Origin: Euglena gracilis
Lineage: Eukaryota
Length of the DNA stretch: 64,000 bases
Assembly: GCA_039621445.1 (NCBI GenBank)
Contig: CP154954.1
Coordinates: forward strand, 36,007,703 to 36,071,702
Direction of reading: 5' to 3'
The position numbers were made by a program, and so were the translations under genes. Under the pieces are notes generated by a model. The model worked only from the letters and a program-made list of their open reading frames with translations, searched no databases and had not been told where the DNA came from. Positions 1 through 12,500 of the stretch are shown here, one piece after another (the first letter of the stretch is position 1; each line of letters starts with the position of its first letter).

Positions 1-1048
1 GAATTTGTCTTGCACTTCTCAAAAATCGGTCAATGAATAGAGCTCTCCGTTGGAGATATAGTGTGGGGGGATTAGTTTTGATGTATATATTCACCTTTGT
101 GTTTGGTTGGTGATTGTGTGGAAAGTTCTCCCAGAGTGCACACCATGGAGGGGAGGTGCGGAGTAGTTGTCCTGGTAGCGCATGTCGGTCTGGGGGGGGG
201 GGTGCAGTGTGTAAGAAAAATTGTATGCGAATTTTGGAGCTGCTGGGGGTGTACAGGATTATCTGAATCGACAAACCTGGTGGAAAACGAAAAGTTGAAA
301 GCAGCTGGGCGACTACTCGACACCGTTTAAACTTCAGGCCTTAGGGCTTTCGTCTTGAAACCCAGTGAAACGAATGGGGGATAAGCTACTTGTTACCCCT
401 ACCGCATGTGGAACGTTTGTGGATATGCGGTGGGTAGGGGGGGCACTTTCTCTTTACCCCGGGTTGAAAACGGTGTTGGTGTTGTTGAAAACGGTGTTGC
501 TGTCATCGAAAACGGTATGTAAAAATGATGATTAGTGGAAGTTTGAGGGGGGGGGAGCATTTTGCGGTGTTGTGTGCATTCTTGGAGCGGGAATCCACTC
601 AACCACATGGCCATTCATGGGCTATCCCATGATGAACCACAACCGGAAACACAAAACGGTCTATATGTCAAAGGTTCGTGAAAATTTTGAGCGGGGACAC
701 CAAAAATTCCTTGCACACTGACCAGAAAGGGTACTGGGCAGGGGATGACCAGGGTCGCGACTCCTGTCACCTCCTTTCTAGTAGCCTCTGTAGTACGTGT
801 CCTTGGATTTTTGGTTCCTTCACTCAAAAACCGAACCGGTGGCCATATCAGCCGTTGACTTTCTTGACGCATATACGTCTCTGACTATATGAGCGCTAAA
901 GCGGGGATGATCCCTTTGGTTACGTGGGGTATCATCCCCCTCCCTGCCCGAAGCCGGGTCATAATCCTCAATAGAGGTTGTTCGTTGACCTACCTTATGC
1001 CTTTTGGCTGAAGTATGATCTTTTGAACTGCGAATCATATCGCGATGG
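1..1048 (-). mobile_element. 3' part of LTR element Y (gag C-terminus 820-1048 plus downstream non-coding region), running off the left window edge
   Basis: ~208-1048 is the reverse complement of X ~4879-5722 and encodes HRDMIRSSKD...ATGSVFE*. It resumes gag exactly where Y gag is interrupted at 26658. Bases 1-207 do not match X and are assigned to Y by position only. Confidence 0.8.
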
Positions 1049-1053
1049 CTATG
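1049..1053 (-). other. Target-site duplication of X (CTATG = reverse complement of CATAG); partner at 26654-26658
   Basis: The same 5-mer sits flush against both X LTR outer ends, at the same position in gag. Confidence 0.75.
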
Positions 1054-1464
1054 TGTGTACCAGGCAGCATGAACATGGCACTGTGCATAGCAGCAGACTG
1101 CAGAATGTACAATTTCATGCCAGATAGTACTATTCCATGTTCTGCAATACAAGTTGCAGAATTAGGAATAGTCTATCCTATCTCGGATCTGCCTTCTCTT
1201 TTCACAGGTGGTATTTTTTTATTCTTGTCATCAAAAGCCTGATCAAAGGCAATTTCAAGCTCAAATCTCCGATAGGAGAACATTTGTGGAACTGAAGTTC
1301 CAAAATCACACCAGGTTTGCCTTGTGCTCTGCATAAGCCCAAAGGCAATAAAAACTAATAGTTAAGCTAAAGACTTTCTTTTTTGTTACTCTCCTGGTTC
1401 TGTTCCCACGGGAGGGTGTAAGTAGGCCGACAGGCAGTGGGAATAGAGTCAGGGGACGTACACT
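1054..1464 (+). repeat. 5' LTR of X (411 bp, TGTGTAC...GTACACT)
   Basis: Same length as the reverse complement of 26659-27069 with about five substitutions by eye. Short terminal inverted repeat GTGTAC/GTACAC, AATAAA near 1348, PBS immediately downstream. Confidence 0.9.
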
Positions 1465-1483
1465 TGATAGCAGATTTGGTTTC
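1465..1483 (+). promoter_or_regulatory. Primer-binding site, tRNAiMet-like (TGG mutated to TGA)
   Basis: TGATAGCAGATTTGGTTTC here; Y has TGGTAGCAGATTTGGTTTC, similar to the complement of the initiator tRNA-Met 3' end (TGGTAGCAGAG..TGGTTTC). Confidence 0.7.
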
Positions 1484-1725
1484 TTTCCTACGCCCCTTCT
1501 CCCCCCTTCTCCCACCCATCTTAACAAGTGACTTCAAATAGTGAGTGGTGCTGAGCCTATAGGCTACAAAGCATCCACGAGCTTTTTGGAGCCAACTTCT
1601 AAGCACAGGTACGAGCTTCAGGAGGCTCTGGGCAGTATAAGCTGCCACATCCTTCTAAATTTGTTCCTTTGCTTACCTTTTGGGGTTTGCTTGTGTTTTT
1701 TTTGTTTCTGCAAATAAATAAAAAT

Positions 1726-4700
1726 ATGCAGAGCTCAAGCACCAACACATCAAACACTTTGATTAGTTCCTTGAGAAAGTTTGATGAAGATTTGTCGCAG
1801 GAGTATATGCTCCAACCCAGGTGTGTGGCCCTATATGGGGTAACTCCCAGCTCTATTGAGCATCCCCCCACCCCAATGGTTTCCAGCTCTATTGAGCACC
1901 ACCCCACCCCAGTTTTCAGCTCTATTGAGCATTCCCTTACCGTAATTTTCAGCTCTACCGAGCGTTCCCCCACCCCGCTTTCCAGCTCTATCGAGCATTC
2001 CCCCACCCCGTTTTCCAGCTCTATCGAGCATTCCCCCCACAGCTCTAACGAGCAACCCCCCTACCCAATGGGTGCCACACCTAACGGTGTCCAGCTCTAT
2101 CGAGCACCCCCCCCACAGTGGCTAGCTCTATCGAGCAATTACCTCCAACCCCCAGCTCTATATAGCATTCCCCCACCGGTCCCAGCTCTATCGAGCAATT
2201 ACCTCCAACCCCTAGCTCTATAGAGCATTCCCCCACCGTTCCCAGCTCTATCGAGCATTCCAACACCCAAAGGGTGCAATACCTACCGGTATCAAGCTCC
2301 ATCGAGCATCTCCCCACTCAGGAGTTTCCACACCTAACCGTGTTTGATTTAGGCGACAACCCCGCTGCGCAATGGGTGCAACGCCTATCCGCGTGTGGCT
2401 CTATCGAGCAACCCAGCGCCCAGTGTGATTGTCAACCTTTGCTGCAAAGTCAGGCACCTTGTGGTAACTCTCTGCATCAGGATGTCGCAACGGTGCCTAC
2501 AGGCACTATTGGCAAACAACCCACTGATGTGGTTTACCGCACGCTGCCAAAGGAGGCATTTTTGCACATGCAACATAGTTTGCAAAAGTTGATTACAAAA
2601 TTGGAGCCAATAACGGCACTTTTTGAGCACAAAAATCCTGATATGGGAGCTTTTGTTACGTTGGAGCAGTTCACTGCATTCCAAGAAGCGCAACAGCGCA
2701 TTATGCAACTGAGCCGTGAATCGGCAAATTTTCACCGTACACACACCCAACGTGGTGAAGGTTTCGCTTCCAGCACTTATGTGCAGCAATTGGAGGAAAG
2801 ACTTTCCCGGTTGGACCGAAACTCATGCAGGTGTGGTGAAACTTCTGCTGAAATAACAAGTTTTTACACCCATATCGCGAATATCGCAGGCAGGCAGGAT
2901 GCTTATCACCAACGGTGGCAGAATAATATTGTTGACATCCAAACCGCAATTGCGGAGTTGCAGAACCCATTTTCTGCAGATATGCGTAATGAAAATCACC
3001 AAGTCAGGAAAAAATTTTGTGACAGTCCGATACGGACCGAGGAAACAGTGAATGAGCAAGTCAAAAACTTGCAGAAAGATTTCTCAGCGCTATCCGCGCA
3101 AGTTTCGGTGTTCTTGGAACAGCCAATGGCTGAAAACGTGCGGAATCCGCAAAATACCCCTCCTTCCAAACCATCTCCACAACGGGAGACCATTTCCGAA
3201 GCGGTGCACACTCTAGCTGAGCGACTACGGGAATTGGAAAGTGGTTTTGGAAGAATTTCGCAAGATTTCCGGTCTTTTTCTGACAAAGTCCCTCTTCTGG
3301 ACGATATGTCCAAACACCGCAGGCGTATTAAGCGTTTGCAGGAAGATATTGGTGCAATCACCGATCATCTGAAAATTCTTGATGATTTGGAGAAAAAGTT
3401 TGGTGACTTTACAGAAAATTTGGATCAAGTACACGCACAATTGCGTTTATTACAACAAAAACCCGATACGGGTGTTGTAGGCACACTTGCCGCAGATTCC
3501 AGCTTCAAAAGCGTTAATAGCGCACCTGTGGCAGAGCCTATTGGCACATTGCCACAAAATTACGATTCTGCTCATGCAGTGGTCCCTCCCCCAGCGGTAC
3601 TAGTCCCAATGGACCATTTTTTGGATGATTCGGTTGGTTTTCAAGAGAAAGCCAAGCGAAACCCTCAAGTAAATCGAAAAATTTGGGAATATGAACTTTG
3701 TCGCGGTACGAGCCGTACTCCCGCACATGGTATTGATCCTGAGATGCATCAGCATCACCATTCGCGCATTCGCGATTCACCAAGTTTGCAAGGTACCTAT
3801 CGTACACCAAGTGGAATATTGCATGCGCATTCGCAAAATACACCCAAAAGTACACTTGGTGCAACCACCGAGGTACCCGCGCATGGTGCGGTTTTGCGCC
3901 CAGGCCCAACCTCCTTGAATACCACCGAAGGGCCATGGGAGTCTCAAAAAGATATAAAAGGAATCATCGCTATCGCGAAAAGGTAAAGCCCCAATGGGAC
4001 GGTGACCCAACAACATGGAAACAGTTTTTCCGTGATTGGGAATATTATTAGGATCTGAAAGGATCAACCCACAACGGAAACCCAGAGGTGATCAAAATGG
4101 AATTCGTAGATTGTCTCCCAAAAGATGAAAAGGAACGCGCCAGACAATTGGTCATTCGCGGGCGCATTTCTTTTCAGGATTTGGTTGAGCAATATGCTTC
4201 ATCATGTTCCAGTTTAGTTTCCAGAATCACTCTGGAGAAAAAATGGCGGCAATATGCCCCCCATGACCGAAAATGGAGGTCGATAGACCTATGGTACTCA
4301 AAATGGCTCTGTTTGGCAGCCGAAGTAGACGAGTTAGGCGAAACCCAAATGAAAGAGCAATTTGACGCAGTATTACTGCACTTTATACCCAAACTCATAA
4401 AAGAAATTCACCGAGAGGAACTTGCAGGACATATTTTAACGCTCGATGAGCGATGGAACTATGTTTCCAAACAGTTGAAGCTATCACAGCTTCTCGTACA
4501 AATTCAGTCGGCTTATACGAGCCACCCCACGGCAGGAATACCTGCTATCCAAGTCAGTTCTGTGAAAAAAGTGTCACACTTATCACATACCGCCATGGCG
4601 GAATCCAAATCGCGCAATTCGCGCTCTTCAGAAGAATTTTCGGACAAATTCTGCTTTTTGTGTAACAAAAAGGGTCATATATCTTGCCATTGTCCAAATC

Positions 4701-5107
4701 CTGCAGCGCGAAAGCGCAACGCAAGTCCAAGAGGATTAGCCTCACCATGCAGTTCTAATTTTTCTCAAAATGCGCATTCGCAAAATTCAAAATATCGATC
4801 ACGATCCACATGTTCACTGTGCGGATCAACCAACCACCCCTCACCCAAATGTCGCTATGCGACTCCTCCCCACCCAAGCCATCGCGATATGACTCGCAGT
4901 TCAAAAGATCGTACTTCTGCCAAAAGGCATAAGGTAGGTCAAAGAGCAACCTCGATCGAGGATTATCACCCGGCTTCGGGCAGGGAGGGGGATGATACCC
5001 CACGTAACCAAAGGGATCATCCCCGCTTTAGCGCTCATATAGTCAGAGACGTATATGCGTCAAGAAAGTCAACGGCTGATATGGCCACCGGTTCAGTTTT
5101 TGAGTGA
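1726..5107 (+). pseudogene. gag: Disrupted long Gag-like ORF of X (S/P-rich repeats, coiled-coil-like region, capsid-like region, two CCHC knuckles)
   Basis: CFLCNKKGHISCHC (4652-4693) and CSLCGSTNHPSPKC (4811-4852) both fit CX2CX4HX4C. PQWDGDPTTWKQFFRDWE is capsid-like. Broken by frameshifts in the repeats, A4 vs A5 at ~3980, and TAG at 4049 (TGG in Y). Confidence 0.85.
1846..2412 (+). repeat. ~15 imperfect repeats of CCAGCTCTATCGAGCA with C-rich linkers (encoding SSSIEHP..)
   Basis: The motif recurs mostly every ~25-36 bp; the homologous array in Y is at ~23688-24190. Confidence 0.9.
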
Positions 5108-6562
5108 AGGTACCAAAAATCCAAGGACACGGACTACAGAGGCTACTAGAAAGGAGGTGACAGGAGTCGCGACCCTGGTCATCCCCTGCCCAGTATCCTT
5201 TCTGGTCAGTGTGCAAGGATTTTCTGGTGTCCCCGCTCAAAATTTTCACGAACCTTGGACATATAGACCGTTTTGTGTTTCCGGTTGTGGTTTATCATGG
5301 GATAGCCCATGAATGTCCATGTGGTTGAGTGGATTCCCGCTCCAAGAATGCACACAACACCGCAAAATGCTCCCCCCCCTCAAACTTCCACTAATCATCA
5401 CTTTTACATACCGTTTTCGATGACAGCAACACCGTTTTCAACAACACCAACACCGTTTTCAACCCGGGGTAAAGAGAAAGTTCCCCCCCCCTACCCACCG
5501 CATATCCACAAACGTTCCACATGCGGTAGGGGTAACAAGTAGCTTATCCCCCATTCGTTCCACTGGGTTCCAAGACGAAAGCCCTAAGTCCTGAAATTGG
5601 AATGGTGTCGAGTAGTCACCCAGCTGCTTTCATTTTCCGTTTTCCACCAGGTTTGTCGATTCAGACAATCCTGTACACCCCCAGCAGCTCCAAAATTCGC
5701 ATGCTCAAATTTTTTTTACACATTCCCCCCGAAGCGCATAGCGCACATCAATGCCGATGCGCATAGCTCACATTCCCCCCCCCAAGCGCTAATTGCGCAC
5801 ACCGCGCGTCGCGCGAATTCTGCGCATATCGCGCTTCCAAGCTTACCCCCCACGCACATATTGTGCAGTGTAGCAACTGTCCCCCCCCCGCGCGCGTATC
5901 GCGCCGTAGCATGCGCGTATCGCGCTAGACCCCGCGCGTATCGCGTCACCCACCTTAGCAACCCCCCCTTTCTCACAATGTCGTGTGAGCACCATCGTGC
6001 ATTTATGACGCATGGGTATACGCCCAAACCACCCATATTCTTTTGGGAATCATTCCCAAAGACATATGTGTGGAAATCCGCAACTCTGTTCATGGATGTT
6101 TGTTTCTGTTCCACATGATCAAATTGCAGATTTTGTTTGGTGACAGCAAACAAGAAGTGAAGTTTTATGTGAATACGGTCCTTTGCCCAATCTATTCCCA
6201 CACCAAAAATATTTTGGTGTTCCCAAAGCTTTATGGAGCAAAGCAACACAAGTCATGTGATAAAGTTTTTGGGACGTATTGCAAATACTGCATTTTTCCC
6301 GAAAACTTATCCAACTTGTGCTTAAATAGCAGTTTGTGCCTAAATGGCTTATACTTTGGCAAAATGCAATCCCGATATGGGAAAATGCTCACAATTTCAT
6401 TTCTTTTATGTGCAACATAGTTGCCCCCCCCCAAAAGAAAATGAAGAAAATTCATTCAAACATGAATGGATTTTGTTGACTTGACCACTTGCCTTAGGTC
6501 TATGTGACCAATTCACCCTATGATGTGCAAGGCCTATGGGCCATTACCCATGTGGTCCATGG

Positions 6563-9500
6563 GGGTGCATTCGACCATTCCCGGGGACATTTACCAGGTC
6601 AACGAGGTTACCATGTAAAAATGGACCAAATTGGACCTTACCCCGAGTAACCGAATAGGTGTTCCAGGAGGCCTCTAAAGTCAGGGGACCCGTAGGTTTA
6701 ATGATTGTCGTGGTTCAATGGTAAGAAAAACATGCAGCGGGAACGTTGGTTGCAAGAAATAAGCACATTTAGATGGGTGCATTCGACCATTCCGGGGGAC
6801 ATTTAGCAGGTCAGCCCAAGTTACCATGTAAAAATGGACCAAATTGTGCCTTACTCTAAGTAACCGAATGGGTGGCCCAGGAGGGCACCAAAGTCAGGGA
6901 ACCCGTTGGTTTCATGATTGTCGTGGTTTAATGGTAAGAAAAACATGCAGCGGGAATGTTGGTTGCAATAAATTAGCACGTTTAGATGGGTGCACTCTAC
7001 CATTCCGGGGGACATTTACCAGTTCAGCCCAGGTTACCATGCAAAAATGGACCAAATTGGGCCTTACTCCGAGTAACCGAATGGGTTTTCCAGGAGGCCT
7101 CCAAAGTCAGGGGACCCGTTGGTTTCATGATTATCGTGGTTTAATGGTAAGAAAAACATGCGGCGGGAATGTTGGTTGCAAGAAATGAGCACATTTAGAT
7201 GGGTGCATTCGACCATTCCCGGGGACATTTACCAGGTCAGCCCAGGTTACCATGTAAAAATGGACCAAATTGGGCCTTACTCCGAGTAACCGAATAGGTG
7301 TTCCAGGAGGCCTCTAAAGTCAGGGGACCCGTTGGTTTAATGATTGTCGTGGTTTAATGGTAAGAAAAACATGCAGCGGGAATGTTGGTTGCAATAAATT
7401 AGCACGTTTAGATGGGTGCACTTGACCATTCCGGGGACAATTTACCAGGTCAGCCCAGGTTACCATGTAAAAATGGACCAAATTGGGCCTTACTCCGAGT
7501 AACCGAATGGATGTTCCAGGGGGCCTCCAAAGTCAGGGGACCCGTTGGTTTCATGATTTTCGTGGTTTAATGGTAAGAAAAACATGCAGCGGGAACGTTG
7601 GTTGCAAGAAATCAGGCACATTTAGATGGGTGCATTCGACCATTCCGGGGGACATTTACCAGGTCAGCCCAGGTTACCATGCAAAAATGGACCAAATTGG
7701 GCCTTACTCCGAGTAAGCGAATGGGTGTTCCAGGAGGCCTCCAAAGTCAGGGGACCCGTTGGTTTCATGATTGTCGTGGTTTGATGGAAAGAAAAACGTG
7801 CATCAGGAACGTTGGTTGCAAGAAATGAGCACGTTTAGATGGGTGCATTCGACCATTCCGGGGGACATTTACCAGGTCCTCCCAGGTTACAATGTAAAAA
7901 CGGACCAAATTGGGCCTTACTCCGAGTAACCGAATGGTTGTTCCAGGGGTCTTCCAAAGTCAGGGGACCCGTTGGTTTCATGATTTTCGTGGTTCAATGG
8001 TAAGAAACACATGCAGCGGGAACGTTGGTTGCAAGAAATCAGCACATTTAGATGGGTGCATTCGACCATTCCGGGGGACATTTACCAGGTCAGCCCAGGT
8101 TACCATGTAAAAATGGACCAAACTGTGCCTTACTGTAAGTAACCGAATGGGTGGCCCAGCAGGCCTCCAAAGTCAGGGAACCCGTTGGTTTCATGATTGT
8201 CGCTGTTTAATGGTAATAAAAACATGCAGCGGGAATGTTGGTTGCAATAAATTAGCACGTTTAGATGGGTGCACGCGACCATTCCGGGGGACATTTACCA
8301 GGTCAGCCCAGGTTACCACGTAAAAATGGACCAAATTGGGCCTTACCCCGAGTAACTGAATGGGTGTTCCAGGAGGCCTCCAAAGTCAGGGGACCCGTTG
8401 GTTTCATGATTGTCGTGGTTTAATGGTAAGAAAAACATGCAGCGGGAATGTTGGTTGCAAGAAATGAGCACGTTTAGATGGGTGCATTCGACCATTCCGG
8501 GGGACATTTACCAGGTCAGCCCAGGTTACCATGTAAAAATGGACCAAATTGGGCCTTACTGCGAGTAACCGAATAGGTGTTCCAGAAGGCCTCTAAAGTC
8601 AGGGGACCCGTTGGTTTAATGATTGTCGTGGTTTAATGGTAAGAAAAACATGCAGCGGGAACGTTGGTTGCAAGAAATAAGCACATTTAGATGGGTGCAT
8701 TCGACCATTCCGGGGGACATTTAGCAGGTCAGCCCAAGTTACCATGTAAAAATGGACCAAATTGTGCCTTACTCTAAGTAACCGAATGGGTGGCCCAGGA
8801 GGCCTCCAAAGTCAGGGGACCCGTTGGTTTCATGATTGTCGTGGTTTAATGGTAAGAAAAACGTGCAGCGGGAATGTTGGTTGCAATAAATTAGCACGTT
8901 TAGATGGGTGCCTTTACCATTCCGGGGGACATTTACCAGGTCAGCCCAGGTTACCATGTAAAAATGGACCAAATTGGGCCTTACTCCGAGTAACCGAATG
9001 GTTGTTCCAGGGGGCCTCCAAAGTCAGGGGACCCGTTGGTTTCATGATTTTCGTGGTTCAATGGTAAGAAAAACATGCAGCGGGAACGTTGGTTGCAAGA
9101 AATCAGGCACATTTAGATGGGTGCATTCGACCATTCCGGGGGACATTTACCAGGTCAGCCCAGGTTACCATGCAAAAATGGACCAAATTGGGCCTTACTC
9201 CGAGTAAGCGAATGGGTGTTACAGGAGGCCTATAAAGTCAGGGGACCCGTTGGTTTCATGATTGTCGTGGTTTGATGGTAAGAAAAACGTGCATCAGGAA
9301 CGTTGGTTGCAAGAAATGAGCACGTTTAGATGGGTGCATTCGACCATTCCGAGGGAAGTTTACCAGGTCATCCCAGGTTACCATGTAAAAACGGACCAAA
9401 TTGGGCCTTACTCCGAGTAACCGAATGGTTGTTCCAGGGGTCTTCCAAAGTCAGGGGACCCGTTGGTTTCATGATTTTCGTGGTTCAATGGTAAGAAAAA

Positions 9501-12500
9501 CATGCAGCGGGAACGTTGGTTGCAAGAAATCAGCACATTTAGATGGGTGCATTCGACCATTCCGGGGGACATTTACCAGGTCAGCCCAAGTTACCATGTA
9601 AAAATGGACCAAATTGTGCCTTACTCCGAGTAACCGAATAGGTAGCCCAGGAGGCCTCCAAAGTCAGGGGACGTGTTGGTTTCATGATTGTCGTGGTTTA
9701 ATGGTAAGAAAAACATGCAGCAGGAATGTTGGTTGCAAGAAATGAGCACGTTTAGTTGGGTGCATTCGACTATTCCGGGGGACATTTTCCAGGTCAGCCC
9801 AGGTTACCATGTAAAAATGGACCAAATTGGGCCTTACTCCGAGTAACCGAATGGGTTTTCCAGGAGGCCTCCAAAGTCAGGGGACCCGTTGGTTTAATGA
9901 TTGTCGTGGTTTAATGGTAAGAAAAACATGCAGCGGGAATGTTGGTTGCAAGAATTTAGCACATTTAGATGGTTGCATTCGACCATTCCGGGGGACATTT
10001 ACCAGGTCAGCCCAGGTTACCATGCAAAAATGGACCAAATTGGGCCTTACTCTAAGTAACCGAATGGGTGGCCCAGGAGGCCTCCAAAGTCAGGGGAACC
10101 GTTGGTTTCATGATTGTCGTGGTTTAATGGTAAGAAAAACATGCAGCTGGAATGTTGGTTGCAAGAATTTAGCACATTTAGAGGGTGCATTCGACCATTC
10201 CGGGGGACATTTACCAGGTCAGCCCAGGTTACCATGTAAAAATGGACCAAATTGGGCCTTACTCCGAGTAACCGAATGGTTGTTCCAGGGGGCCTCCAAA
10301 GTCAGGGGACCCGTTGGTTTCATGATTGCCGTGGTTTAATTGTAAGAAAAACATGCAGCGGGAATGTTGGTTGCAAGAATTTAGCACATTTAGAGGGTGC
10401 ATTCGACCATTCCGGGGGACATTTACCAGGTCAGCCCAGGTTACCATGTAAAAATGGACCAAATTCGGCCTTACTCCGAGTAACCGAAAGGGTTTTACAG
10501 GAGGCCTCCAAAGTCAGGGGACCCGTTGGTTTCATGATTGCCGTGGTTTAATGGTAAGAAAAACATGCAGCGGGAATGTTGGTTGCAAGAAATGAGCACT
10601 TTTAGATGGGTGCATTCGACCATTCCGGGGGACATTTACCAGGTCAGCCCGGGTTACCATGTAAAAATGGACCAAACTGTGCCTTACTCCGAGTAACCGA
10701 ATGGGTGGCCCAGGCGGCCTCCAAAGTCAGGGGACCCGTTGGTTTCATGCTTGTCGGGGTTTTAATGGAAAGAAATACATGCAGCGGGAACGTTGGTTGC
10801 AGGAAATCAGCACATTTAGATGGTTGCATTCGACCATTCGGGGGACATTTACCAGTTCAGCCCAGGTTACTTTGTAAAAATGGACCAAATTGGGCCTTAC
10901 TCCGAGTAACCGAATGGGTGTTCCAGGAGGCCTCCAAAGTCAAAGGAACCGTTGGTTTCATGATTGTCGTGGTTTAATGGTAAGAAAAACATGTAGCGGG
11001 AATGTTGGTTGCAAGAAATGAGCACATTTAGATGCGTGCATTCGACCATTCCCGGGGACATTTACCAGGTCAGCCCAGGTTACCATATAAAAATGGACCA
11101 AATTGGGCCTTACTCCGAGTAACCGAATGGGTGTTCCAGGAGGCCTCCAAAGTCAAAGGAACCGTTGGTTTCATGATTGTCGTGGTTTAATGGTAAGAAA
11201 AACATGCAGCGGGAATGTTTGTTGCAAGAAATGAGCACATTTAGATGGCTGCATTCGACCATTTTGGGGGACATTTACCAGGTCAGCCCAGGTTACCATT
11301 TAAAAATGGACCAAATTGGGCCTTACTCCGAGTAACCGAATGGGTGTTCCAGGAGGCCTCCAAAGTCAGGGATCCGTTAGTTTTATGATTGGCGTGGTTT
11401 AATGGTAAGAAAAACATGCAGCGAGAATGTTTGTTGCAAGAAATGAGCACATTTAGATGGCTGCATTCGACCATTTTGGGGGACATTTACCAGGTCAGCC
11501 CAGGTTACCATGTAAAAATGGACCAAACTGGGCCTTACTCCGAGTAACCGAATGGGTCTCCCAGGAGGCCACCAAAGTCAGGGGACACGGTGATTTCATG
11601 ATTTTCGTGGTTTAATGGTAAGAAAAACATGCAGCGGGAATGTTGGTTGCAAGAAAGGAGTTCATTTAGATGGGTGCATTCGACCATTCCGGGGGACATT
11701 TACCAGGTCAGCCCAGGTTACCATATAAAAATGGACCAAATTGGGCCTTACTCCGAGTAACCGAATGGGTGTTCCAGGAGGCCTCCAAAGTCAGGGGACC
11801 CGTTGTTTTCATGATTGTCGTAGTTTAATGGTAAGAAAAACATGCAGCGGGAGTGTTGGTTGCAAGAAATGAGAACATTTAGACGCGTGCATTCGACCAT
11901 TCCGGGGGACATTTACCAGGTCAGCCCAGGTTACCATTTAAAAATGGACCAAATTGGGCCTTACTCCGAGTAACCGAATGGGTGTTCCAGGAGGCCTCCA
12001 AAGTCAGGGATCCGTTAGTTTTATGATTGGCGTGGTTTAATGGTAAGAAAAACATGCAGCGAGAATGTTTGTTGCAAGAAATGAGCACATTTAGATGGCT
12101 GCATTCGACCATTTTGGGGGACATTTACCAGGTCAGCCCAGGTTACCATGTAAAAATGGACCAAACTGGGCCTTACTCCGAGTAACCGAATGGGTCTCCC
12201 AGGAGGCCACCAAAGTCAGAGGACTCGTTGGTTTCATGATTGTCTTTGTTTAATGGTAAGAAAAACAAGCAGCGGGACCCTTGGTTGCAAGAAATGAGCA
12301 CGTTTAGATGGGTGCGTTCGACCATTCCGGCGGACATTTACCAGGTCAGCCCAGGTTACCATGTAAAAATGGACCAAATTGGGCCTTACTCCGAGTAACC
12401 GAATGGGTGTTCCAGGAGGCCTCCAAAGTCAGGGGACCCGTTGGTTCCATGATTGTCGTGGTTTAATGGTCCAAAAAACATGCAGCGGGAACGTTGGTTG

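Larger units (their letters stand above)
1054..6562 (+). mobile_element. LTR retroelement X, 5' half (LTR-PBS-gag-noncoding), cut by the inversion breakpoint
   Basis: LTR, PBS and Gag-like ORF occur in canonical order and the segment ends abruptly at satellite. Confidence 0.85.

Noticed and set aside
1846-2412. CRISPR-like short palindromic repeats
   Set aside because: Linkers are similar C-rich sequences of irregular length, inside retroelement gag, with no cas genes.
3975-3990. Programmed frameshift between ORFs 2274-3986 and 4088-5107
   Set aside because: Y has one more A and reads through in frame, so this is a 1-bp deletion or sequencing error.
5055-5312. 85-aa overlapping ORF present in both X and Y as a possible protease or pol start
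   Set aside because: No D-T/S-G motif; conservation is expected from high nucleotide identity.
208-5722. Element with ~850-bp terminal inverted repeats
   Set aside because: The left arm is the displaced 3' part of Y, bounded by the TSD at 1049-1053.
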